From positions 135,991-199,990 of the forward strand of contig CAZQWQ010000024.1 in assembly GCA_964596925.1 (NCBI GenBank): 64,000 bases of DNA, written 5' to 3'. The stretch comes from an uncultured Gemmatimonadaceae bacterium. GTDB taxonomy: Bacteria > Gemmatimonadota > Gemmatimonadetes > Gemmatimonadales > GWC2-71-9. The notes beneath the pieces were generated by a model that saw only the letters and a list, made by a program, of their open reading frames with translations, did no database searches and was not told the origin of the DNA. Positions 36,499 through 44,214 of the stretch are shown one piece after another; the first letter of the stretch is position 1; every line of letters begins with the position of its first letter. Made by a program: the position numbers and the translations under genes.

Positions 36499-39168
36499 AT
36501 GGCTTCGCTGACGTTTCACCTCATTTTCCACACCCATTGGGATCGGGAGTGGCACCTCCCGCGGGCCGCGTTGCACGCTCGTCTCGTCACCGTGCTGGAC
36601 GATCTGCTCGACCGGATCGGTCTCGACCCGGGATTCCGCAGCTTTCTGCTGGACGGACAGACCGTGCTGCTCGAGGACTACACGCGAGCACGACCCGAGC
36701 GGGTCGATGAGATCCGGAACCTGGTGCGTGCCGGCCGACTGCAGGTAGGGCCATGGTATGTGTTGCCGGACGAGCTGATTCCGTCCGGTGAATCACTGGT
36801 GCGCAACCTGTTGCTCGGCGCCGCGGATGCCGCGGGGTGGGGCGGTCGACTCGACGTGCTGTACTCCCCCGACGCCTTCGGGCATCCGGCGTGTTGGCCG
36901 GACCTGGCCCGCGGGGCGGGCATCGCGGCCGGGGTGTTGTGGCGCGGACTCGGTGGCGCGGCTGACCAGGAACGCGATCGCTTTCGCTGGCGTGGGGCCG
37001 GCGGCGCCGAAGTCCATCTCTGGCATTTGCCGCCATCCGGGTATGAGGTCGGCGTGGATCTGACGGTTGACGCCGAACGACTGCCGGAAGCGTGGGCGTG
37101 GGTGCGCGGTCAGCTGGTGGCCCGTGCCGGGGGCCGTCACATCCCGGTGTTCGTCGGTGCGGACCACCATGCCGCGCCGACCGACGTGTCCCGACTGCGC
37201 GACATGCTGGCCGAGCTGGAGCGGCCGAACGAAGTCCGCGTATCGCGGCTGGATGAGTTTTTCACGATCGCGGCCCACGAGTTTCAAACGGCCCCGCTGC
37301 TCGCCGGAGAGTTGCGGGCGTCGCCGGGCTATGCCTGGTCGCTACAGGGCGCCCATGGGACGCGCGCGCCACTCAAACGGCGTGCCGCCTCGCTCGAGCT
37401 GTGGCTGGAGCGCGTCGCGGAGCCGCTGGCCGCGCTGGCGCGGTGGCGCGGTGGACGCGATCGCCGACCGTCGCTCGAGATGGCGTGGCGGGGGTTGGTC
37501 CAATGTCAGTTTCACGATACGATCTGCGGCACCACGAGCGATGCCGTGGCGCGTGAGGCGGAGTTGCGCCTCGAGGCAACGCAGGACTACGCCGACGAAG
37601 TCATCCGCGAAGCCGTGTTCGACCTGGTCGGACACGATCCCGATCAGGCCCGGGACCAACCGGCCGCGCAGTCGCCGGCGCTGGTGCTGTGGAACCCCGT
37701 GCCGCGGCTGCGCGACGGCATCGTGATCGCCGACTGCACCTTTTTCCGCCGCGACGTGCTGGTCGGCCCGCCCGGCGCCCGGCTCCCGCGCAGCGGTCGC
37801 GGGTTCGAGCCATTTTCGCTCCGGACCATCGATGGTCGGGCGGTTCCCCTGCAGATTCTCGACCGCCGTCCCGGACACGAACGGCTCGACGCCGTCCGTC
37901 ACTACCCGGACCACGACGAGGTGGATCGGGTCCGCGTCGCCGTACGACCCCCTGCACTCCCCGGCTGCGGCGTGCTGACGCTCCTGCCCGGGCCCGCATC
38001 CGGCACGGCGCCCGTGGAGTCCGTGGAGGTGCAGGGGCGCTCGCTGGTCAACCAGTTCGTCGTGGTGACGCTCGACCGGACCGGCGCGTTGATGCTCTTC
38101 GATCGACGCACCGGAGGCCGCTGGCTCGATCTCCTGCGACTCGAGAGTGGGGGTGACGCAGGGGATGCGTATACCTACTGCCCGCCGGCGCGTGACCGGG
38201 TGGTACGCAGCCAGGGGCCGATTCGCGTCCGGCGCCTCGCGGCTGGGCCGCTCGTCGCGGCGCTCGAAGCGAGATGGAGTTTGCGCGCGGGCGATCCGCT
38301 GCCGGCGCCGCGCCGCCGGTCCCCGGGGCGACGGGGGCGCATCGCGGTGCGGCTCACCGTGATGGTGCACGCCGATAGTCCGGCAGTACAGTGCCTGCTC
38401 GACGTGGACAACCAGGCGTCGAACCATCGATTGCGGGCACGTATTCCGACCGGGTTTCCGGGCCATGCGATCGCGGGGGTGCAGTTCGGGCAGGCGGAGC
38501 GGGCCCCCGTTTCATCCGCGATCGGGAGTTCGATGCTCGAGGCGCCGGTACGCGCGGCGCCGGCCCACCGCTTTGTCACCGTATCGAGCGAGGATCGGGG
38601 GCTGGGGGTCCTCGCCCCCGGCTTCTTCGAGTACGAGCACACGCCGAGCGGTGACATACTTGTCACTGTGTTGCGCGCCATCGGGGCGCTGTCGCGGGGC
38701 GACCTTCCCACCCGGCCCGGTCATGCCGCGTGGCCGACGTCCATCCCCGGCGCGCAATGTCCCGGCATGTCGCGCGTAGAGCTGGCGCTCGTTCCGCTAC
38801 TCCCCGCCGACGTGGTGCCGTCAGTGTGGGAGAGCGTGTTCACGCCGATTCGCGGGGTGTGGATCCGGGACGCGCTCGGGCTGTCGACGCCGCCTGGCGG
38901 CATCACACTCGAGGGAACGGGGCTGGTGTTTTCCGCCTTGAAGCCAACGCAGGGAGGGCGGGGAAACGAGATGGCCCTGCGATGCTACAACCCGGGCGCC
39001 GCAAGGGCCGCCGGGGCGTGGCGCTTCGCGCGCCCCGTGAACGCGGCATTCCGCACACGGCTCGATGAACAGGGGCCGGTGCCCCTCGTGCTCGAGGACG
39101 GTGGACGGCTGGTCCGATTCGCGGCGGAGCCGCACGAGATCGTGACGGTGGTGGTCCGCGGCAAATGA
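36499..39168 (+). CDS. Glycoside hydrolase family 38 alpha-mannosidase (MngB-like, no signal peptide)
   Basis: GH38 N-terminal signature FHLIFHTHWDREW. 889 aa with the multi-domain length expected for the family. Starts 6 nt after pgi. Confidence 0.85.
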   Translation: MASLTFHLIFHTHWDREWHLPRAALHARLVTVLDDLLDRIGLDPGFRSFLLDGQTVLLEDYTRARPERVDEIRNLVRAGRLQVGPWYVLPDELIPSGESLVRNLLLGAADAAGWGGRLDVLYSPDAFGHPACWPDLARGAGIAAGVLWRGLGGAADQERDRFRWRGAGGAEVHLWHLPPSGYEVGVDLTVDAERLPEAWAWVRGQLVARAGGRHIPVFVGADHHAAPTDVSRLRDMLAELERPNEVRVSRLDEFFTIAAHEFQTAPLLAGELRASPGYAWSLQGAHGTRAPLKRRAASLELWLERVAEPLAALARWRGGRDRRPSLEMAWRGLVQCQFHDTICGTTSDAVAREAELRLEATQDYADEVIREAVFDLVGHDPDQARDQPAAQSPALVLWNPVPRLRDGIVIADCTFFRRDVLVGPPGARLPRSGRGFEPFSLRTIDGRAVPLQILDRRPGHERLDAVRHYPDHDEVDRVRVAVRPPALPGCGVLTLLPGPASGTAPVESVEVQGRSLVNQFVVVTLDRTGALMLFDRRTGGRWLDLLRLESGGDAGDAYTYCPPARDRVVRSQGPIRVRRLAAGPLVAALEARWSLRAGDPLPAPRRRSPGRRGRIAVRLTVMVHADSPAVQCLLDVDNQASNHRLRARIPTGFPGHAIAGVQFGQAERAPVSSAIGSSMLEAPVRAAPAHRFVTVSSEDRGLGVLAPGFFEYEHTPSGDILVTVLRAIGALSRGDLPTRPGHAAWPTSIPGAQCPGMSRVELALVPLLPADVVPSVWESVFTPIRGVWIRDALGLSTPPGGITLEGTGLVFSALKPTQGGRGNEMALRCYNPGAARAAGAWRFARPVNAAFRTRLDEQGPVPLVLEDGGRLVRFAAEPHEIVTVVVRGK

Positions 39169-39803
39169 CCGAACACCACCTCAGTGTCCGCCGCACGGCT
39201 CGCTACTTCACGCTCGGCCCCGTCGCGGCCACAGCGCGCGAGGTCTGGATTGTGCTGCACGGGTACGGCCAGCTCGCCGCCCGATTCTTGCGCGGCTTCA
39301 CGCCGCTCGATGACGGCGCACGATGCATCGTCGCCCCCGAAGGACTCTCGCGCTTCTACGCCGAGACCGGGCGGAACGACAAGATCGGAGCCAGCTGGAT
39401 GACACGCGAAGACCGCCTGGCAGAAATCGACGACTATGTCCGCTACCTCGACGCGCTGTATGACGAAGTGATGCGGGGCGCGGTGGTGCCGGTCACGGTG
39501 CTCGGGTTCTCCCAGGGAACCGCAACCGCCGCACGTTGGCTGGCGCAGGGGAAGGTGAGGGCGGGCCGCTTGATACTCTGGGGCGGGGAGGTCCCGCCCG
39601 ATCTCGACCTGGCGGCGGCGCGCCAACGCTGGGAGAAGACGGACGTGACCCTCGTGGTGGGGAGCGAGGACCAGTACATCACGCCCAAGGTGCTCTCACG
39701 CGACGAGCAGCGGCTACGCGAGCACGGCATCTCGTTTCGGGTCGAGCGATTCGACGGTGGGCATGAGATTGTGCCGGACGTGCTGGAGCGCGTAGCTAGA
39801 TAG
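39165..39803 (+). CDS. Alpha/beta-hydrolase, phospholipase/carboxylesterase family
   Basis: IVLHGYGQ, the nucleophile elbow GFSQGTA, and GGHEI near the C-terminus. ATGA overlap with the GH38 stop. Confidence 0.75.
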   Translation: MTEHHLSVRRTARYFTLGPVAATAREVWIVLHGYGQLAARFLRGFTPLDDGARCIVAPEGLSRFYAETGRNDKIGASWMTREDRLAEIDDYVRYLDALYDEVMRGAVVPVTVLGFSQGTATAARWLAQGKVRAGRLILWGGEVPPDLDLAAARQRWEKTDVTLVVGSEDQYITPKVLSRDEQRLREHGISFRVERFDGGHEIVPDVLERVAR

Positions 39804-39885
39804 TCGTCAGTCCTCAGTTGTCAGTTGTCAGCGCTAACGACTGGCAACTGACGACTGACCACTGATCACTGAGGACTGACGACTC
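39802..39885. repeat. Inverted array of tandem heptamers (TNNTCAG x4 / CTGNNNA x6) forming a long imperfect hairpin between convergent genes
   Basis: Left units: TCGTCAG, TCCTCAG, TTGTCAG, TTGTCAG (39804..39831). Spacer CGCTAACGA. Right units: CTGGCAA, CTGACGA, CTGACCA, CTGATCA, CTGAGGA, CTGACGA (39841..39882). The outer 16 bp (39802..39817 with 39869..39884) are perfectly complementary. Confidence 0.85.
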
Positions 39886-40706
39886 AATACGTCTCTCAAC
39901 GCATCTCCCACCAACGTGCACCCCACCACGACGAGCACCAACATGATCCCCGGCGCGGTCGCGACCCACGGCGCGTTGACCAACGTGTCACGTCCGGCGG
40001 CAATCATGTTGCCCCACGACGGGGTTGGTGGCTGGACCCCGAGTCCGAGGTAGGAGAGTCCCGCTTCGAGCAGAATCGCGTTCCCCACGCCGAGCGCCGC
40101 GGCGATGATCACGGGGGTGAGCGCGTTCGGCAATACGTGGCGGGCGAGCACTCGCAGCGAGCCGGCGCCGCTGGTCTTGGCGCCTTCAACGAACGGTCGC
40201 GCGGCGAGCGCGCGCACCTCGCCGTGCACCAGGCGGGCCACCGGCATCCACCCGGTCACCCCCAGCAGCAGCACGACAAGGACCGCGCTCGGCTGCCAGA
40301 GCGCCGCGAGCAGCAGCAGCAGCACGACGCGCGGCACGGCCAACGCAAAATCGGTGAGACCGAGCAGCGCCGCTCCTGCCCAGCCGCGCCACCACCCCGC
40401 CAGCGACCCGACGACCACGCCTACGCTGATCGAGAGCACGACGGAGAGGAATCCCACGGCCAGCGAGATGCGACCACCGTAGGCGAGACGTGCCCACACA
40501 TCGCGGCCGAGGCGGTCCGTGCCGAGCGGGTGCACGGCGCCATGGACGTCGCGGGTCAACGGGGCGAGGAATTTCGTCGCCACGACGTCCCCCGGCGTAT
40601 CCGGATCCCCGCTCGTCACGAGTGGCGCGGCGAGGGCCGTTGCCACCACGACCGCCAGCAGGGCGAGACCGATGGCGCCACGCCGGTCCCGCAGTAGGGC
40701 GTTCAT
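39834..40706 (-). CDS. Peptide/nickel-type ABC transporter permease (DppC/OppC-like)
   Basis: Six TM helices and a BPD_transp_1-type core. The C-terminal tail GDALRDVLSRQSSVISGQSSVASR is encoded by the heptamer repeat. ATGA overlap with the upstream permease. Confidence 0.85.
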   Translation of the reverse strand: MNALLRDRRGAIGLALLAVVVATALAAPLVTSGDPDTPGDVVATKFLAPLTRDVHGAVHPLGTDRLGRDVWARLAYGGRISLAVGFLSVVLSISVGVVVGSLAGWWRGWAGAALLGLTDFALAVPRVVLLLLLAALWQPSAVLVVLLLGVTGWMPVARLVHGEVRALAARPFVEGAKTSGAGSLRVLARHVLPNALTPVIIAAALGVGNAILLEAGLSYLGLGVQPPTPSWGNMIAAGRDTLVNAPWVATAPGIMLVLVVVGCTLVGDALRDVLSRQSSVISGQSSVASR

Positions 40707-41683
40707 GTGGCGCGCTCCTCGAGCGCGCGCAGGCGCGGATCCACGAGTCCGCTCAGGATGTCGGCCGCCAGATTGCCCAGGACCACGAGCAGCGCGCTGA
40801 TCGTCGTCGCGGCCATGACGACCGGATAGTCGCGCGCCTGTACCGCTTCCACCAGCACGCGGCCCACCCCCGGCCAGGCGAACACCGCTTCCACGAACAC
40901 GGCACCGGAAAAGAGGGCAGGCAGCGACAGCCCCAGCAACGTGACGACGGGAATCAGCGCGTGCCGCAGTGCATGGGAGACCACCACGCGCGACGTCGTG
41001 AGTCCCTTGGCGCGCGCCGTCGCGACAAACGGTTGTTCAAGCGCGTCGAGCATCGCGCCGCGCACGAACCGCGCGGCGCCCCCGATCCCGATGAGGGTGA
41101 GGGTGGCAAGCGGCAGCGCCAGGTGACGCAACCCATCGGCGAAGCGAGCCCAGCGGCCGAGGTAGTCGGTGTCGAAACCGGACGCGCCGAATGCGGGCAA
41201 CAGCCGCAGCAGGTAGGTGAACAGCGCCACGAGCATCAGCCCGAGCCAGTAGCCGGGCAGGGCGACCAGCGTGACGCTCACGACGGACAGCGCGGTGTCG
41301 AGTCTGCTACGGTGGCGCGCCGCTTGAATGGTGCCGATGACGAGGCCGATCAGGTAGCTGAGCAGCAGCGACAGCAGGACCAGCCGGACGGTAGCGGGCC
41401 ATGCGGTCCCGAGCATGGCCCGCACCGGCCGCCCGGTGGCGAGGCTCACACCCCAATCGCCGCGAATGAACCGGCCGAGCCAGGCCGTGTACTGCGTGCC
41501 GAGCGGCCGGTCGAGCCCGAGGGCCTGACGGCCGGCTGCGAGCTGCTCGGGCGTCGCGGTGGGGCCGAGCAGGCGCTCGGCGGGGTCGCCGGGCGCGGCG
41601 TGCAGCAGCACGAAGGTGAGGGAGACCACGCCCACCACCACGGCGAGCCCGGTGAGCGCGCGGCGGACCAGCATCCGCTGCAT
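40703..41683 (-). CDS. Peptide/nickel-type ABC transporter permease (DppB/OppB-like)
   Basis: The ATG at 41683 (MQRMLVRRALTGLAVVVGVVSLTFVLLHAAPGDP) gives the canonical family N-terminus. The listed upstream extension is Arg/Ser-rich junk. Confidence 0.85.
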   Translation of the reverse strand: MQRMLVRRALTGLAVVVGVVSLTFVLLHAAPGDPAERLLGPTATPEQLAAGRQALGLDRPLGTQYTAWLGRFIRGDWGVSLATGRPVRAMLGTAWPATVRLVLLSLLLSYLIGLVIGTIQAARHRSRLDTALSVVSVTLVALPGYWLGLMLVALFTYLLRLLPAFGASGFDTDYLGRWARFADGLRHLALPLATLTLIGIGGAARFVRGAMLDALEQPFVATARAKGLTTSRVVVSHALRHALIPVVTLLGLSLPALFSGAVFVEAVFAWPGVGRVLVEAVQARDYPVVMAATTISALLVVLGNLAADILSGLVDPRLRALEERAT

Positions 41684-41715
41684 CCCGCAATCTCGCGCCA
41701 CCGCGCGCGCGCCGC

Positions 41716-41721
41716 TAGAAT
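41716..41721 (+). promoter_or_regulatory. Candidate -10 box TAGAAT, 6 nt upstream of the GTG start of the binding-protein gene (possible leaderless mRNA)
   Basis: The sequence ccgcTAGAATcagcgcGTG sits in a 44-bp divergent spacer. There is no room for an SD. Confidence 0.25.
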
Positions 41722-41727
41722 CAGCGC

Positions 41728-43179
41728 GTGAGCTCGCGAGCGATTCGAATCCTGCTGTGTCTCGTGATCGGGGGGACGTGGGCGTGCGGGGCCGTAGGCG
41801 GCGCGACACGCCGCGGGGCGACGGTGCTCTACGCATCGGGGGCTGATCTCCAGAGCATCAATCCGCTCCTCACGGTGCATCCTCTCGCCAAGCAGGTGCA
41901 GCGCTACATGCTGCTCACCACATTGGTTCGCTACGACTCGGCGCTGGTGCCTCAGCCGTATCTCGCCCGACGGTGGACCTGGTCGGCGGATCGCCTCACT
42001 CTCACTTTCACGCTGTTTCCGGATCTTTTGTGGCACGACGGACGCTCGACCGTGGCGCGCGACGTCGCCTGGACGCTGCGCGCGGGGCGCGACCCCGCGA
42101 CCGGGTACCCACGACTCACCGACCTGACGTCGATCGCCGACGTCCAGACACCCGACGACACGTCCGTCGTACTCCGATTCGCAGCGCCACAGGCTCGTCT
42201 TCCCGACGTGTTCGCCGATCTCGCGATTCTGCCGTCGCACCTCCTCGACACGGTGCCGACCGCCAGCCTGCGCCGCGCGGCGTGGAACGAGCGCCCGGTG
42301 GGCAACGGGCCGTTCCGGTTCGTGGCGCACGAGCCGCACCGTCGCTGGGTGTTCGAGCGAAACCCGGACTTTCCGGCGGCGCTGGGCGGCCCGCCGCGCC
42401 TCGAGCGATTCATCGTCGTCGTGGTCGACGAGCCCATGACCAAGCTCGCGGCGCTCACGGCGGGAGAGCTCGACTTTGCGGGAATCACCGCGGCCCACGC
42501 CGACTTCGCCCGGAAGAATCCCGACCTGGCGGTCCTGAGTTATCCGCTGATTTTCGCGTACGGCATGGTATTCAACACGCGCCGGCCGCCGTTTGAAGAC
42601 GAGCGCGTGCGGGTCGCGGCCTCGCTCGCGATCGACCGGGCGGAGATCGTGCACGGGTTTCTCTACGGATTTGGCACGCCGGCCGACGGTCCCGTGCCTC
42701 CGTTCCTTCCCGGCTACGTCCCGGTGCCGCCCATCCCGTTCGCCCCCGATTCGGCGCGACGCCTGCTTGCGGGCCGGCGGCCACGCCTCGAGCTGCTCAC
42801 GGTCGGGAGCGGTGAGGCGGCGCTCGAACAGCTGCTCCAGGCGCGTCTCGCGGCGGTGGGCTTCGCCGTGTCGATCCGCCAGCTCGAGTTGTCGGCGTTT
42901 CTCGATCGCGTATACGGTCCACGACACGACTTCGACGCCGCGGTGATGGGCATCCCCGGTGATCCCGGGCTCGGCTACCTTACGCCGCTCGCCGACCTTG
43001 CCGGGCTCGCCGCGCCGGCAGATCCGGTCGCGGCCCAGCGGTTGTTCGCCGACCGGCTGCCCGTCGCCTGGTTGTATCATGCGCGAGGAGTGGCGGGAAT
43101 GAACCGGAGGGTGCGCGGCGTGACGATGGACGTGCGCGGAGAGCTGGTGACCGTAGCCCGCTGGTGGACAGCACCATGA
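41728..43179 (+). CDS. ABC transporter substrate-binding protein, family 5 (DppA/OppA/NikA-like)
   Basis: Lipoprotein-like signal (ILLCLVIGGTWAC), and the family-5 N-terminal block LYASGADLQSINPLL...LVRYD...PYLARRW. Confidence 0.85.
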   Translation: MSSRAIRILLCLVIGGTWACGAVGGATRRGATVLYASGADLQSINPLLTVHPLAKQVQRYMLLTTLVRYDSALVPQPYLARRWTWSADRLTLTFTLFPDLLWHDGRSTVARDVAWTLRAGRDPATGYPRLTDLTSIADVQTPDDTSVVLRFAAPQARLPDVFADLAILPSHLLDTVPTASLRRAAWNERPVGNGPFRFVAHEPHRRWVFERNPDFPAALGGPPRLERFIVVVVDEPMTKLAALTAGELDFAGITAAHADFARKNPDLAVLSYPLIFAYGMVFNTRRPPFEDERVRVAASLAIDRAEIVHGFLYGFGTPADGPVPPFLPGYVPVPPIPFAPDSARRLLAGRRPRLELLTVGSGEAALEQLLQARLAAVGFAVSIRQLELSAFLDRVYGPRHDFDAAVMGIPGDPGLGYLTPLADLAGLAAPADPVAAQRLFADRLPVAWLYHARGVAGMNRRVRGVTMDVRGELVTVARWWTAP

Positions 43180-43197
43180 GGATCGAGGCCTGAGTCT

Positions 43198-44214
43198 GTG
43201 GTGAGGCGCTCGGATCTACCGACTGCGTACCGGGCCGCCGCGCCTGTGCGACTCGACTTCGCCGGTGGGTGGACGGACGTTCCCCCGTTTTCGGCGCGAG
43301 CCGGTGGCGTGGTCGTGAACGCCGCCATCATGCTGCAGACGCAGGTCGAGCTCACCATCGGCGGCACGTGCGTGCGACTCGTTTCCGAGGATCTGGGCGA
43401 GACATTCGAATGCGCTAACGCCGGCGGGCTGGTGCTCGACGGGAAGCTGCACCTGCTCAAGGCCGGACTGCGGATGTTCCCGGTGCTCGGCAACCTCACC
43501 CTGACCTCTCGCTCGGATGTGCCGCCCGGATCGGGGCTCGGGAGCTCCGGGTCACTGGACGTCGCACTCGTCGCGGGCCTCACCGCCGCCCGCCAGGAGC
43601 GCCTCGAGCCGCGTGACGTCGCCGAGCAGGCGTGGCTGCTCGAGACACGGGAAGCCGGGATTCCCGGCGGCCGTCAGGATCAGCTGGCGGCCGCGCTCGG
43701 CGGATTTCATCGGTTGAGCTTTCGCGATCCCGACGTCGGCATCGAGCCGATCTCGCTCGATCCGGCGTTCGCGCGGGCGCTCGAGCGGCGGATCGTACTG
43801 TGCTATACCGGTCACTCACGGGTCTCGGGCGCCACGATCGCCCGCGTGATGGGCGCGTACGAGCGCGGCGACCGGGCGGTCACCGGAGCGCTCGAAGGGA
43901 TGAAGGACGTCGCGCAGACGATGGCGGAGGCGCTGCGTGCGGCCGACCTCGCGCGGGTGGGCGCCCTGCTCGACGAAAACTGGACTCATCAGCGGGCTCT
44001 CGCCGCCGAGATGCAGACCGCCGAGATGCAGCGGCTCGAACGGGCGATGCGGGAGGTGAAGGTGCTGGGCGGGAAGGCGGCCGGCGCCGGCGCGGGAGGG
44101 TCAATGTTCTTCCTCGCGCGCGACGAGGGGCGCGCCGCGCCCGACGCGGCGCGCCAGGCCGATGCGACCATCCTGCCGGTGCGCTGGAGTTGGGAAGGAG
44201 CACGAGTGTGGTGA
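43198..44214 (+). CDS. GHMP-family sugar kinase (HddA/fucokinase-like)
   Basis: APVRLDFAGGWTDVPPF and the GHMP motif II PPGSGLGSSGS. GTG start 18 nt after the binding-protein stop. Confidence 0.85.
   Translation: MVRRSDLPTAYRAAAPVRLDFAGGWTDVPPFSARAGGVVVNAAIMLQTQVELTIGGTCVRLVSEDLGETFECANAGGLVLDGKLHLLKAGLRMFPVLGNLTLTSRSDVPPGSGLGSSGSLDVALVAGLTAARQERLEPRDVAEQAWLLETREAGIPGGRQDQLAAALGGFHRLSFRDPDVGIEPISLDPAFARALERRIVLCYTGHSRVSGATIARVMGAYERGDRAVTGALEGMKDVAQTMAEALRAADLARVGALLDENWTHQRALAAEMQTAEMQRLERAMREVKVLGGKAAGAGAGGSMFFLARDEGRAAPDAARQADATILPVRWSWEGARVW

Noticed and set aside
39802-39885. Heptamer-repeat hairpin considered as a CRISPR array or integron attC site
   Set aside because: The units are 7 nt, tandem and have no spacers, so it is not a CRISPR array. 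No cas or integrase genes are nearby. The RYYYAAC/GTTRRRY core sites expected at the outer ends of an attC site are absent; a CTAAC string occurs only in the central loop.
41446-43080. 544-aa minus-strand ORF opposite the family-5 binding-protein gene
   Set aside because: It is an antisense shadow with low-complexity Arg/Glu/Pro content. The plus strand encodes a recognisable lipoprotein.
43632-44207. Upstream 192 codons of the listed 1110-aa ORF
   Set aside because: They run out of frame through the GHMP kinase gene and encode an Arg/Gly/Ala-rich string. The GTG at 44208 follows GGAAGGAG and begins the recognisable protein.
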